From Candidatus Nomurabacteria bacterium (GTDB taxonomy: Bacteria; Patescibacteriota; Minisyncoccia; Phycocordibacterales; UBA9973), in contig JAHFNH010000003.1 in assembly GCA_023267435.1 (NCBI GenBank), positions 12,717-76,716 on the forward strand: 64,000 nucleotides of DNA, read 5' to 3'. The notes under the pieces were generated by a model. That model made no database searches. It saw nothing but the letters and a program-made list of their open reading frames with translations, and was not told the origin of the DNA. The stretch's first letter is position 1. Every line of letters begins with the position of its first letter. The position numbers and the translations under genes are program-made. This document shows, in pieces, positions 1 through 10,084 of the stretch.

Positions 1-438
1 GCAATTCAACAAATGGAATTTAAAATGGATTCTGGACCAATTATCGCAGAAGAAAAAGTTCCTATACTTCCAGATGAAAAAGCTCCGGATTTGCGAAAAC
101 GCTTGATAAAAACTGGAGGAGAATTATTAGTAAAAACTCTGCCTGATTTTATAGATGGAAAAATTAAAACTATTCCACAAAATGAAAACGAGGCGACTTA
201 CTGCAAAAAAATAAAAAAAGAAGATGGTCTGATAGATTTATCAGATGATCCTGTAAAAAATTATAATAAATTCAGAGCTTATTCTCTTTGGCCACGAACT
301 TTCTTTTTTCAAGATGGAAAAAGAATTATTATTACTGAGGCCAAACTAGAAAACAATCAATTTGTAATACAAAAAGTTTTACCAGAAGGTAGAAAAGAAA
401 TAGAATATTCTCTTTTTATTTCTTCCCAAAAGAAGTAA
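1..438 (+). CDS. fmt: methionyl-tRNA formyltransferase, C-terminal part (5' end lies outside the window)
   Basis: The reading frame is open from position 1. The translation ...SGPIIAEEKVPI...LRKRLIKTGGELLVKTLPDF...YSLWPRTFF matches the Fmt C-terminal domain. Confidence 0.75.
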   Translation, partial: AIQQMEFKMDSGPIIAEEKVPILPDEKAPDLRKRLIKTGGELLVKTLPDFIDGKIKTIPQNENEATYCKKIKKEDGLIDLSDDPVKNYNKFRAYSLWPRTFFFQDGKRIIITEAKLENNQFVIQKVLPEGRKEIEYSLFISSQKK

Positions 439-802
439 CGTCTCTCATTAAGTCTTTGACTTTCTGAGCACCGCGGCGGAAAAGATGCTGTTTGCGATCT
501 TTAGAACGGCTTATTTCGTGGTAAAGATTTTCTTTCACATCATCAATTGCTGCATAAAGATCTGACTTATCTGAACTGGAATAGAATTTCTTTCCATCTA
601 TGGTAATAGAACAATCAGCACGGAAGATCTCGCCTGTTTTATGATGATTGGTTGTTTTAGCGACATCAAAAAGAACTTTTACTTCCCCGCCCTTTTCTTC
701 CATTTTAGAAAGAATTTTTCCTAAATCGGTGACTCGTTGCAATACATAATCATGTATTGCGGGTGTTAACTCCATATTTTTTGCTTGAAAATTTATATTC
801 AT
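416..802 (-). CDS. hpf: ribosome hibernation promoting factor (sigma-54 modulation protein family)
   Basis: 128 aa. MNINFQAK...LTPAIHDYV...KFYSSSDKSDLYAAIDDVKENL is the typical HPF/RaiA fold sequence. Confidence 0.8.
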   Translation of the reverse strand: MNINFQAKNMELTPAIHDYVLQRVTDLGKILSKMEEKGGEVKVLFDVAKTTNHHKTGEIFRADCSITIDGKKFYSSSDKSDLYAAIDDVKENLYHEISRSKDRKQHLFRRGAQKVKDLMRDVTSFGKK

Positions 803-827
803 ATATTTATTGTATCACACAATTATG

Positions 828-1643
828 CTAATAATAAAATTTTTTTAATGCATTAATTTCTAAATTTTGAACATGCTTTTCAGCTTCAATGATTCCCTTT
901 TCCATCATTTCGACAGCTTCTAGTGGATATTTTCCGGATGCACTCTCCTCTGATAACATTATAGCATCCGCACCAGAAATTATCGCATATGCGACATCCG
1001 TCACCTCTGCACGCGTAGGCAATACATTTTCAGTCATAGAAAGCATCATCTGAGTCGCCACGATCACTGGCTTCTCGGCAATTTTACATTTCGCAATAAT
1101 ATCTTTTTCAATAAATGGTATTTGTTCCAACGGAACTTCATTTCCCAAATCTCCTCGTGCGACCATTACCGCATCGGAAACTTTTATAATTTCATCAATA
1201 TTATCGAGTGCTACCTTGCGTTCAATTTTAGAAATAATTGGAATAACTTTTCCGAACCCTTGCATTTTTTCTCGTAATTTTACGATATCGTTTGCTTCAC
1301 CCACGAAAGACATTGCAATATAATCAACACCTTGTTCGATGCCAAATTTCAAATCAGCTAAATCTTTTTCTGTGATCACTTCCACTGCTCCTTTATTAAA
1401 TTCATGACCAGATTTTTCTTGTACTCTTGGTCCAGATAAATCTTGAATTATCGGTATTCTTTTTCCAGATTCATTAGCACTTTCTCTAACATTTTTAATA
1501 TATCCAGCATGTTCTTCGTATGTACCCCAAGAGAAATTCAAACGCACTACATCCATGCCATGCATTATCATTTCTTTTATTATTTCCTTGTCTTTTGTAG
1601 CTGGTCCTATCGTCGCTACTATTTGTGCTTTTATTCCTTTCAT
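828..1643 (-). CDS. pyk: pyruvate kinase, short form of about 272 aa; the likely start is MKGIKAQI inside the longer ORF
   Basis: [13 protein letters not shown]...[12 protein letters not shown]...[10 protein letters not shown] are PK motifs. The ORF upstream of MKGIK overlaps the eno stop. Confidence 0.8.
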   Translation of the reverse strand: MKGIKAQIVATIGPATKDKEIIKEMIMHGMDVVRLNFSWGTYEEHAGYIKNVRESANESGKRIPIIQDLSGPRVQEKSGHEFNKGAVEVITEKDLADLKFGIEQGVDYIAMSFVGEANDIVKLREKMQGFGKVIPIISKIERKVALDNIDEIIKVSDAVMVARGDLGNEVPLEQIPFIEKDIIAKCKIAEKPVIVATQMMLSMTENVLPTRAEVTDVAYAIISGADAIMLSEESASGKYPLEAVEMMEKGIIEAEKHVQNLEINALKKFYY

Positions 1644-1645
1644 AA

Positions 1646-2881
1646 TTATGGTTTGGCTATTTTTATTAATCTTTGATATTTTATCATTCTTTCCGGTTTT
1701 ATTGGAGAACCTGATTTTAATCCGTAACATCCGAAAGCATAAGCTAGATCTGCGATAAAATCATCATTCGTCTCTCCGCTGCGATGACTCACAATTAACT
1801 CAACATTATTATCTCGTGCTAATTTCATTGTCTCCAGCGTCTCAGAAAGGGTTCCAATCTGATTTGGTTTAATAATCATTGCATTTACGCTTTTTTCATC
1901 TATCGCCTTCTGTAAGAGAACTTTATTCGTAACAGTCAGATCATCTCCCACTACTATCAGACTGGCATTATTTTCTTTCAATTTTCTAAAGCTTTCAAAA
2001 TCTTCTTCATCAAATGGATCTTCAATAGAAAGTAAATTAAATTCTGTAATAAGATTTTTATAAATTTCCATTAATTCTTCTTTAGAAAGATTTTTTCCAT
2101 CTACTTTATATGTATAACTTTTATTATCAAAAAAAGAAGAAGCTGCAACATCTAATGCAAATCGAACTTTACCTTCCAGATTATTTCTTTTTACTGCTTC
2201 ATTTAAAAATTCTAAAGGTTTTCTAATATCGCTAATCTTCGGTGCCAAACCTCCTTCATCACCCAGAAGAATTGATTCATCTCCCAATTCTCCGTCAATG
2301 ATTTCTTCCAGCGTATTTTGTATTTTTATTCCGATATCAACAGCCTCTGACGCATTTTCTGTATCTGGCACGACATGATATTCTTGGAAAGCTAAATCAT
2401 TCTTTGCGTGCTTTCCGCCGTTTATTAAATTCATATAAAGATGCGGAACTTTTCTGGAAGGTTTTATTTCTTTCAAGGTTCGCAAATATTCAAATACTTC
2501 AACATCTAAAACTTTCACCGCAACTTTCGCGCAAGCAATAGAAACACCGATCATGGAATTACCACCTAGATTGTCTTTATTAGGTGTGCCATCTAATTCA
2601 ACCATCGCATTATCTATTTCCTTTTGATTTCGAATATCTTTCCCAATCAAAGCAGAAGCAATAATAGTATTTATTTTTTGAATTGCGTTCTTTACTCCCT
2701 TTCCATCATCATCACGAAGCTCATGCGCTTCATGAATGCCAGTACTAGCTCCGGAAGGAACAGAAAAACTAGCCGACTTATCATCAACAAAAACTGTCAC
2801 TTTTATTGTAGGATTTCCACGTGAATCTCTTATTTCTTCTGCTTCTATCTTGGTAATGAGATAAAAATTATCTTCTGTCAT
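1646..2881 (-). CDS. eno: enolase (phosphopyruvate hydratase)
   Basis: 411 aa. [17 protein letters not shown]...[15 protein letters not shown]...SHRSGETND are enolase signatures. Confidence 0.93.
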   Translation of the reverse strand: MTEDNFYLITKIEAEEIRDSRGNPTIKVTVFVDDKSASFSVPSGASTGIHEAHELRDDDGKGVKNAIQKINTIIASALIGKDIRNQKEIDNAMVELDGTPNKDNLGGNSMIGVSIACAKVAVKVLDVEVFEYLRTLKEIKPSRKVPHLYMNLINGGKHAKNDLAFQEYHVVPDTENASEAVDIGIKIQNTLEEIIDGELGDESILLGDEGGLAPKISDIRKPLEFLNEAVKRNNLEGKVRFALDVAASSFFDNKSYTYKVDGKNLSKEELMEIYKNLITEFNLLSIEDPFDEEDFESFRKLKENNASLIVVGDDLTVTNKVLLQKAIDEKSVNAMIIKPNQIGTLSETLETMKLARDNNVELIVSHRSGETNDDFIADLAYAFGCYGLKSGSPIKPERMIKYQRLIKIAKP

Positions 2882-2919
2882 ATACAGATAATTTTACCAT
2901 ATTTGTCATATTTTTAATA

Positions 2920-3366
2920 TTAAGCTGCCTGAGATAATTTAGTTTTTTCTATGGAAAAATCAACGCTTTCCCCTCCTTTATTGAACACAAAAAATCTGTT
3001 TCCCTGTTCATCCAAAAAATCCTTTGTGCACTTCCATGACTGTCCATCAGGAAGGTCGAGCGTTAAACCGTACATATTCGCAAGACCTTTATTTTTAAGC
3101 AAAATATTAACAACTTCACTTTCTAATTGTTCTTCGACAGAAGGAGTTATGTTTTCTATTTTTACATCTTCCACCTCATTATTTTTTACCTCTATTTCCG
3201 GCAAGGATTGTTTCTTAACATTATCATAATATTCTAATGCCTCTTCCTTGGTTATACCCAAGCTTTCTAGAGGAGGGTTTACAAGTTCCTGTAATTCCTT
3301 ATCTGTCGGTACTTTTTTCTCCTCACCTTTTTTATTAAATTCTATATTCATATTTCTACTATACAT
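2920..3366 (-). CDS. hypothetical protein
   Basis: 148-aa ORF with no recognisable motif. It sits compactly between eno and the glycerate kinase gene. Confidence 0.45.
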   Translation of the reverse strand: MYSRNMNIEFNKKGEEKKVPTDKELQELVNPPLESLGITKEEALEYYDNVKKQSLPEIEVKNNEVEDVKIENITPSVEEQLESEVVNILLKNKGLANMYGLTLDLPDGQSWKCTKDFLDEQGNRFFVFNKGGESVDFSIEKTKLSQAA

Positions 3367-3401
3367 CTTTTAAAGTAAAAAGTAAAACTAGATAAATACT
3401 T

Positions 3402-4703
3402 TTATTTTTTAGTTAAAAGGATCATTAAATCTGACACATTTGCGCCGGTGGCGCCAGTCATAATCATATCGCCTGATTTTTGAAAGATTGGGTATGCATC
3501 AAAACGAGCTTGATAATCATCTAGATTTAAGCCAAGTTTTTCTATTTTTTCTATCGTTCTTTTATCAATGATTGCCCCCGCTGAATCGCAATTATCCATA
3601 CCATCCGACGCAAGTGGAATCAAAACAGAATTTTCATCAGTCATTTTTTCTTTAACAGCTCGAAGTGCCATAAAAAGATTTCTGCCTCCGCTGCCTCCTT
3701 TTGTTTTCACTTCCAACTTTGGCTCCCCTGCAGCTAAAACAACAGTGTTATCTTTCTGCGAACCAAAAAGTTTCTTGAGAGATTCATCTACCTCGTCATA
3801 CATTTCTGTAGAAATTATATTTGCCTCAAGGCCGAGTTCTTTTGCTTTTACTGCCATTGCTTCTACTGCTGTTTTATTTGAAACCAAAACAAAGTTGTGA
3901 ACCTTTTCAAAATACTTATCATCCTTCGGTGTTTCTATTAAATCGAGCTTTTCCATACTGTGCTCACTGATAATTTTTTCAGCATCAGCAATAGTCGTAT
4001 TGTCTTTATAGGTTGGTCCGGAAGCAACATCATCAAAATGATCTCCGGGGACATCAGAAAAAATAAGACCGATAACAGTCGCAGGATAGGCAACCTTGGC
4101 TAAACCTCCGCCTTTCAATACAGAAACATGTTTTCTTAAGGTATTAAGTTCAATTATTGTTTGCTTAGATTTCAAAGATTCCTCGTATAAAATCTGCCCT
4201 TGTATGCATTCACCTTCTGAAGGGCAAAGCAAAGCTGATCCACCACCAGAAACTATAGCGATAACAAGATCATCTTCTTCTGATTTATCTGCTATTTCAT
4301 AAATCATTTTTCCAGGACCAATATTTATTTCTGACGGTCTAGGATGCGTGCCAGAAAAAGTCTCAATATAGTCACAAGTAACTTTATGAAGTCCAATAAC
4401 CACACCCTCATCTATCTTTTGTCCTAATATTTTTTCTAGTGCCAAAGCTGCGTCACAAGAAGCCTTACCAAAACCAACTACTTTTATTTTTTTAAATTTA
4501 CTTAAATCAAAAACTTCACCTTGAATAGATAAAATATTATTTTCCAACTTTATAAAGTTTAGTATTACTTTTTCAGTGTTTATAGCATCTAAGCCTGATT
4601 CTGCAATCTCTAAAGCTATTTTTCTATTTTCGGTAATAGCTAATTCTTCAAAATTTTTAATCCATCTTTTAGTCATAATTTTTACTTGATTCAGTAGAAT
4701 CAC
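3402..4703 (-). CDS. glycerate kinase, MOFRL / glycerate-2-kinase family (the start may be MTKRW at 4676)
   Basis: VVGFGKAS...LVIAIVSGGGSALL...GAIID... gives the DUF4147 + MOFRL architecture. Confidence 0.75.
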   Translation of the reverse strand: MILLNQVKIMTKRWIKNFEELAITENRKIALEIAESGLDAINTEKVILNFIKLENNILSIQGEVFDLSKFKKIKVVGFGKASCDAALALEKILGQKIDEGVVIGLHKVTCDYIETFSGTHPRPSEINIGPGKMIYEIADKSEEDDLVIAIVSGGGSALLCPSEGECIQGQILYEESLKSKQTIIELNTLRKHVSVLKGGGLAKVAYPATVIGLIFSDVPGDHFDDVASGPTYKDNTTIADAEKIISEHSMEKLDLIETPKDDKYFEKVHNFVLVSNKTAVEAMAVKAKELGLEANIISTEMYDEVDESLKKLFGSQKDNTVVLAAGEPKLEVKTKGGSGGRNLFMALRAVKEKMTDENSVLIPLASDGMDNCDSAGAIIDKRTIEKIEKLGLNLDDYQARFDAYPIFQKSGDMIMTGATGANVSDLMILLTKK

Positions 4704-5717
4704 CTACTGGGTAATCAAGTTTTGTAAACTACCAGCGATAAAAGCATTAATATTCTCTACTGTGGTTTTTAATATTTCAGCCACAGCTTCTTTGGTGTAA
4801 AAAGCAATATGCGGAGTCATGATAACATTTGGCATTTTTACAAGTTCATGATTTAAGGCAATATTTTTTTTATCTTCTTCACTAGCTTTTCCACTCGCAA
4901 AAAATTTAACCTCATCTTTTAATTTTCTCTCACACTCAAGCACATCGAGACCAGCACCAGCGAGTGTGCCATCTTTTAATCCATTTAGAAGTGCTTCCGT
5001 CTCAACTATTTCACCACGAGCGGTATTGATCAAGTATGCACCTTTTTTAAATTGCTTAATATTATCTTTATTTATCAAATGAAATGTCGTTTCATTATAC
5101 GGAGCGTGAATAGATACAATATCACAAACAGAAAGTAATTCTATAAGAGGAACATACTCAATACCCTCCTCTTCCGAAAAATTAAAATCAGGGTAAAGGT
5201 CTGTGGCTAAAACTTTCATACCGAAACCTTTCGCAATACGCGCAGAATTTTTTCCAATTTTTCCAGTACCAACAATACCGATAGTCTTACCAAACAAATC
5301 GAAACCCTCAAAACCACCTATTGAAAAATCATTTTTCTCACAAATCTGCTTATTAGCAACATAAGCTCTGCGTGAAAGTGAAAGGAGTAAAGCAAAAGCA
5401 AACTCTGCGACTGTTCGAGACCCATAAGATGGAACATTAGAAACTTGGATACCTTTAGAACTACAATATTTTATATCAATATGATCAAAACCTGTTGAAC
5501 GTGTAGCTATGAATTTAAGACTTGGTAGTTGGTCGATAATTTCTTTATTCATTTCAGAATTTACGAAAACAGAAACTATCTCAGCATCTTTTGCTAAATG
5601 TAAATTTTCTGTATTGATTTTATCTTCAGAAAAAGAAATATCAAAATTCAAACCAGCCATAGAACTAGTCAGGACATCTTGATCCTCTTTGGACACCTCG
5701 AAAAAAGTTATTTTCAT
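4704..5717 (-). CDS. D-isomer-specific 2-hydroxyacid dehydrogenase (D-lactate/glycerate dehydrogenase family)
   Basis: GIVGTGKIGKNSARIAKGFGMKV is a Rossmann motif. TARGEIV...MTPHIAFYT is the 2-Hacid_dh C-terminal signature. Confidence 0.85.
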   Translation of the reverse strand: MKITFFEVSKEDQDVLTSSMAGLNFDISFSEDKINTENLHLAKDAEIVSVFVNSEMNKEIIDQLPSLKFIATRSTGFDHIDIKYCSSKGIQVSNVPSYGSRTVAEFAFALLLSLSRRAYVANKQICEKNDFSIGGFEGFDLFGKTIGIVGTGKIGKNSARIAKGFGMKVLATDLYPDFNFSEEEGIEYVPLIELLSVCDIVSIHAPYNETTFHLINKDNIKQFKKGAYLINTARGEIVETEALLNGLKDGTLAGAGLDVLECERKLKDEVKFFASGKASEEDKKNIALNHELVKMPNVIMTPHIAFYTKEAVAEILKTTVENINAFIAGSLQNLITQ

Positions 5718-5732
5718 CCTGCTATTATAGCA

Positions 5733-5957
5733 TTATTCAATATCTACAGCCAAAAGCTTGTGGGGATGATGGTGCCCATTTATGATACGAACCTTTCCTT
5801 TGGGCACCTTGAAATGTAAGGCTAAAAGTTCGATGACTCTTTTGTTAGCCATATTCTTTTCAGCCTTTTCCTTCACAGAAATATCAAAATGATCTTTCGA
5901 TTTTTCTATAAAATTTTCCTTTTTTGCACCAGCAATGACTACTGCTTTTATATACAC
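5733..5957 (-). CDS. DUF167 (YggU) family protein
   Basis: 74 aa. FDISVKEKAEKNMANKRVIELLALHFKVPKGKVRIINGHHHPHKLLAVD resembles UPF0235. Confidence 0.6.
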   Translation of the reverse strand: MYIKAVVIAGAKKENFIEKSKDHFDISVKEKAEKNMANKRVIELLALHFKVPKGKVRIINGHHHPHKLLAVDIE

Positions 5958-5975
5958 CTTTTATTTTTGATTAGA

Positions 5976-8492
5976 TTACTGACCTTTACACTTTTGACAC
6001 TGAGCTCTAACCGCTTCAGGTACATATGAACATGATGGTACTGGAGCGAAAACACTACAATCCACAGTAGGAGCTGTAGTACCAGTCGGAGGGGTCGTCA
6101 TACCAGCTGGAGGAGTTGTTCCAGTTCCAGTTGGTGGTGTAAATCCGGTTGACATACCACCAGGAATACTGCCACTAGATGGACCATAATCTCCTGTTGG
6201 AATAGTAAATCCTGAAGGCATACCAGTTGGAATATCGCTTGGACTAAAACCTTGTGGAATATTCTCTGGTTTAAAACTGTCTGGTATTTTTGGTTTGAAA
6301 TTTGCCATACAAGCGGTAACTAAGGAAGTAACAACTTCCTGACCAGCCTGACCACTTTGAATTTTTGCCATCATCTCGTCATTTATTTTACTTTTAACAC
6401 AATCACGAATTTCTGCCGGTGCCTGATTTAATTTATCATCCATCATTTTTAAAGCCGAACTTTTTAGCACAGCTGCACAATCTTGCATAGCTTTGCCGAC
6501 TTCTGCTCCAGCTCCTGTATTGTCTCCTTTTTCATAAGCAGCTACTTTGTCTTTTCCAAGTTTATCTTCTAAACAAGCTCGAGCTTCAGGTGGCATCTGA
6601 CCAAGCCCTGTTTTAAATTTATCCATACCTTGTGTCTTCATAGCTTCAAAACATTTCTGGAAAATAGCTCCTTGTTCTGATGTTGGTGTAGCACCTGCTT
6701 TAATTTTATCCAATCCTCCGGCACCCAATTCCTTGTTTAGACAATCTATTGTTTCAGGTGTTGCCTGATCTAAAGAACTTTTCATTTGATCTAACAACTT
6801 GCCCATATTCTTTTCGAAACAATCTTTTATCTTTGCTCCCATTTCTGGTCCAGGCATAAATTTACCACCCTCAATATCACCAATAACTCCTTGTCCAAAA
6901 TTATCTTTCAAACATTGAAGCACTTCTGGTGGAGATTGTTTCAATCCCGCTTTTAACATATTTACGCCGTCTTGCATTTGTTTCAATTTATCAGCTGGAA
7001 TGATATCGTGCTCTTTCGCGAATTGGAAACAAGATTCCTGATTAGCTGTATCATTACAAAATGCTGCACATGTATCTTTTGACTTACATCCGCCAGGACC
7101 CTTGCCTCCAACCTTTTTAGCCATAGCAGCATCTTCAGGACTAATGAGTCCGGCCTTCTCAGCGAAAGTTAAACATTCAGTGGTGTTGCTATCATTATTA
7201 CAATATTTCTGACACTCATCTTTTGTTTTACATCCGCCTGGTGATTGTCCAGAATTTATCAGTGGTAAAACTTTTCGAGCCAGTGCGGCATCTTCAGCAC
7301 TGACAAAACCTGCTTTCTCAGCAAAACCTAAACACTCCGTTGCATTAGCAGAAACCGCGCAATAACTAGAACAAGAATCTTTATCTTTACAACCTCCTGG
7401 CATTGTCGCACCAGCTTTCAAAGCTGAAGCTACTTGTTTCGCCTCTTTTAAAGCCCCAGCTGGAATAAGGTCGTGTTTTTCAGCAAAAGTTAGACATGAA
7501 TCTATATTTTTCAAATCACTACAAAAAGCCTCACAAGAAGCTTTATCTTTACAACTACCAGGACCTTCACCTTTTAATACATCAGAAAACTTTCTTGATT
7601 GATCAGCTTGTTCTTTTGTAACTAAACCAGTTTTTTCTCCGTAAGAAATACAAGCCATCATATTTTCTTGTTTCGTACAGAAAGATTGACAATCTGCTTC
7701 ACTTTTACAACTACCAAGTTCGGCTATGGGAAATTTCGTAACTGGTTTTTCAGTCTTGCTTAAATGACCGACGGGACCATAAGTACCATCAATAACTACA
7801 CCATCAGCAGTAAAACTATAAACTCTACCCCAAAGATTTAGTTTATTGTCTTTCGGATTAATTGTTTTATATCCAAAAGTTATTACAGCTCCTGAACCTT
7901 CATTTAAACCAGTCACTGACCAATTAGTACTAGACGAATTGTATTGGACAGTATATGTCTCTCCTCCTTTGAGTGTACCCATTGGATCACTCGCGCCTAT
8001 CCAACCAGAATCATCAAAACTCGTTGTATCAAAAATTACATAAAATGTATTACCTCCATAAATATAATCTGCCCACGCATTAGAAACTGGTATGTCTTTA
8101 GGTGCAAAAATTTCTACACCGGAAGAAGTCCAACCTTGCTTTATAGCATCAGCAGTTAAAGTAAGAATATTGGTATTACCAGCATAATCAGCAACATAAA
8201 ATTCCTGACCGCCAGAAATATTAGCGGTAACCTTATAAGTTCCCTGACCGCCTGAAATAAGAACCTTGAAACCTTTTCCGTCTGGATTTAAAGCAAAACG
8301 ATTTTTACCCACAGACATAGCTGAAGGATGACTAATAGCCTTACCAGTTTCACAGTCAGTATATGTCCAAAACAAACCAGAAGAACAACCGCGCTCGATT
8401 TTTATATCAGCTGCAGAAACATTTTTTGAAACAATAAAGATACTTAGAACCAAAATTAGGAAAACAAAAATATTTTTTTTCATTATATTCAT
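5976..8492 (-). CDS. large secreted protein of 838 aa with a cleavable signal peptide, an N-terminal beta-rich domain, 5 tandem 4-Cys repeats, 4 tandem 2-Cys repeats and a Pro/Thr/Gly-rich Cys-capped tail
   Basis: Signal peptide MNIMKKNIFVFLILVLSIFIVSKNVSAA. Repeats G(S/G)CK.KD.C..(F/Y)C.......C..FAE K.. at aa 259-505. Repeats P(P/A)E...C(L/V)...C at aa 519-735. A periodic DNA repeat of about 150 bp is visible. Confidence 0.85.
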   Translation of the reverse strand: MNIMKKNIFVFLILVLSIFIVSKNVSAADIKIERGCSSGLFWTYTDCETGKAISHPSAMSVGKNRFALNPDGKGFKVLISGGQGTYKVTANISGGQEFYVADYAGNTNILTLTADAIKQGWTSSGVEIFAPKDIPVSNAWADYIYGGNTFYVIFDTTSFDDSGWIGASDPMGTLKGGETYTVQYNSSSTNWSVTGLNEGSGAVITFGYKTINPKDNKLNLWGRVYSFTADGVVIDGTYGPVGHLSKTEKPVTKFPIAELGSCKSEADCQSFCTKQENMMACISYGEKTGLVTKEQADQSRKFSDVLKGEGPGSCKDKASCEAFCSDLKNIDSCLTFAEKHDLIPAGALKEAKQVASALKAGATMPGGCKDKDSCSSYCAVSANATECLGFAEKAGFVSAEDAALARKVLPLINSGQSPGGCKTKDECQKYCNNDSNTTECLTFAEKAGLISPEDAAMAKKVGGKGPGGCKSKDTCAAFCNDTANQESCFQFAKEHDIIPADKLKQMQDGVNMLKAGLKQSPPEVLQCLKDNFGQGVIGDIEGGKFMPGPEMGAKIKDCFEKNMGKLLDQMKSSLDQATPETIDCLNKELGAGGLDKIKAGATPTSEQGAIFQKCFEAMKTQGMDKFKTGLGQMPPEARACLEDKLGKDKVAAYEKGDNTGAGAEVGKAMQDCAAVLKSSALKMMDDKLNQAPAEIRDCVKSKINDEMMAKIQSGQAGQEVVTSLVTACMANFKPKIPDSFKPENIPQGFSPSDIPTGMPSGFTIPTGDYGPSSGSIPGGMSTGFTPPTGTGTTPPAGMTTPPTGTTAPTVDCSVFAPVPSCSYVPEAVRAQCQKCKGQ

Positions 8493-8495
8493 AAA

Positions 8496-8750
8496 TTAAT
8501 TACCAAAAGGGTTTGTATACCCTGATTTATAAGGATTCGTTTCGACCGAATTAAATGGATTAACATTAGGGATCTTTTCCATTGGTTGGACATCTCCTAC
8601 TCCATTAGACAAAGCTCCGCCTAAAGACGCAGCTCCTGTATCCACCTTTACTTCTTCTTTCTTGGTTGGATTTTTATAAACAAAGAACCAAACGGCTATA
8701 GTAACCAAAACAATGATTACAACAGCGCTAATAATTGTTGTTTTTTTCAT
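8496..8750 (-). CDS. small membrane-anchored protein
   Basis: 84 aa with one N-terminal TM (ISAVVIIVLVTIAVWFFVY) and a Gly/Asn-rich tail. It lies 4 bp downstream of the large repeat protein. Confidence 0.55.
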   Translation of the reverse strand: MKKTTIISAVVIIVLVTIAVWFFVYKNPTKKEEVKVDTGAASLGGALSNGVGDVQPMEKIPNVNPFNSVETNPYKSGYTNPFGN

Positions 8751-8896
8751 ATCCTTATTATAACTCCCCTGCCCATAGAATCAAACCATCTGTGGATATT
8801 GCTTGACAACATAATATTATTCTGATAACCTATCTACTCACTCAGTTAAATGAGTTCGTTGAAAACTAAATATAAACCCTTAAACCCAAAAAAACC

Positions 8897-9505
8897 ATGG
8901 TGAAAAAAACGTTTAAAATCGGCAACACAATTTTTAAATTTAAAAAGTTATCCGGAGAAGAATTACACTACAACACAGCAGTCACTAAAAAAATCCTTTC
9001 CCGAGGAGAAGACAGAATTATTGTTGAAGCTGATCTACACATAAGAAGAGTAGATAATCGGATTGAAAAAATATCTCCATATGCTCTTCTTATTGAAAAT
9101 CCACACAAAGAGGATATAGAAAACAGTCTGATTGAATTAATAAAAAAAGCAGAAGAAGAAAGTGGATTAGTTATGTTAACACTAACCGATTTAACTTTCT
9201 TTGGTCTCAATCCCCCTTGGCATAAAAGGATTAGTAATTCGATTAAAAAGTTAATGCCAAAAGAATACAAATTTGGAACACTGAGCCACACTAGTGGGAC
9301 AGAGTTACGAAAACACTATCCGGTAAAAACAATAGGTGTAAACGAAGTTGATTACCATGATATTTCTGTGTTTACATCAGGAAAAGTTGTTGCTCTTTTT
9401 AAAAAAGTTGAAAAGTCAATAAAAAATGTAAGTACCATGGAGGTAAAAAGTTCCTATCAAAAACTTCGAAAGCCGGTAACTCAAAAAGTATCAGAGGAAG
9501 CTTAA
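8897..9505 (+). CDS. hypothetical protein
   Basis: 202-aa ORF with a strong intrinsic terminator immediately downstream. Confidence 0.55.
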   Translation: MVKKTFKIGNTIFKFKKLSGEELHYNTAVTKKILSRGEDRIIVEADLHIRRVDNRIEKISPYALLIENPHKEDIENSLIELIKKAEEESGLVMLTLTDLTFFGLNPPWHKRISNSIKKLMPKEYKFGTLSHTSGTELRKHYPVKTIGVNEVDYHDISVFTSGKVVALFKKVEKSIKNVSTMEVKSSYQKLRKPVTQKVSEEA

Positions 9506-9525
9506 GGGTTTAAAACAAAAAACAA

Positions 9526-9565
9526 AAAAGCCCTTGAATATTATTCAAGGGCTTTTTATTTTACT
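9526..9565. terminator. bidirectional intrinsic terminator
   Basis: AAAAAAGCCCTTGAAtattaTTCAAGGGCTTTTTATTTT: a perfect GC-containing stem flanked by an A-run and a T-run. Confidence 0.8.
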
Positions 9566-9983
9566 ACATAAAATACAAAACCGCAGGGAAAGCTATTCCG
9601 TTTTTTCTTTCGCGGGATAAATTAATAATATTATCCAACAAATTTTTTTGATTTTCTTTTCTTTCTAAAGAGTCAGGATTTTTTATAATCTGATTATATT
9701 GATTAATCAAACTATTAAATTCTTCGATTCTTTTTTTCAGAATATTGTGGTCAAAATCTTTAGGTTGCAAATGATGCTTCCCTCTCATTTCTTCTTCAAG
9801 TAAAATTAAAGAATCTACAGCAGACAGTTTCGAATCACGAAATAGTTCTGAATGCTTTTCTTCTAAGGTTTTAAGAGTTGCAGAAGATGAAAGACCTGTA
9901 TCCAATAAACGATAGGGATAATGACATTCATTTACGAAATGCCCAAATATTAAAAAGTGGGCTGAGTTGGTTGTTTCTTCCAT
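9564..9983 (-). CDS. hypothetical protein
   Basis: 139-aa ORF. A TTGACT-16-TACACT promoter-like motif lies upstream at about 10041-10068 (minus). Confidence 0.45.
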   Translation of the reverse strand: MEETTNSAHFLIFGHFVNECHYPYRLLDTGLSSSATLKTLEEKHSELFRDSKLSAVDSLILLEEEMRGKHHLQPKDFDHNILKKRIEEFNSLINQYNQIIKNPDSLERKENQKNLLDNIINLSRERKNGIAFPAVLYFM

Positions 9984-10084
9984 ACATTAATTTTTTAGCG
10001 GTTTATATTTAATTGATTTTAAAGAACTATTCTTACAGAAGACTAGTGTAATATAAAAATACTTAAAGTCAAGAGAATTGACTA

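Noticed and set aside
1443-1758. Short plus-strand ORFs (1443-1676 and 1555-1758) antisense to pyk and eno.
   Set aside because: They lie entirely inside well-supported genes on the opposite strand and their translations are hydrophobic and low-complexity. They are typical antisense artefacts of AT-rich DNA. The same applies to most of the other 60-110 aa antisense ORFs in the provided track.
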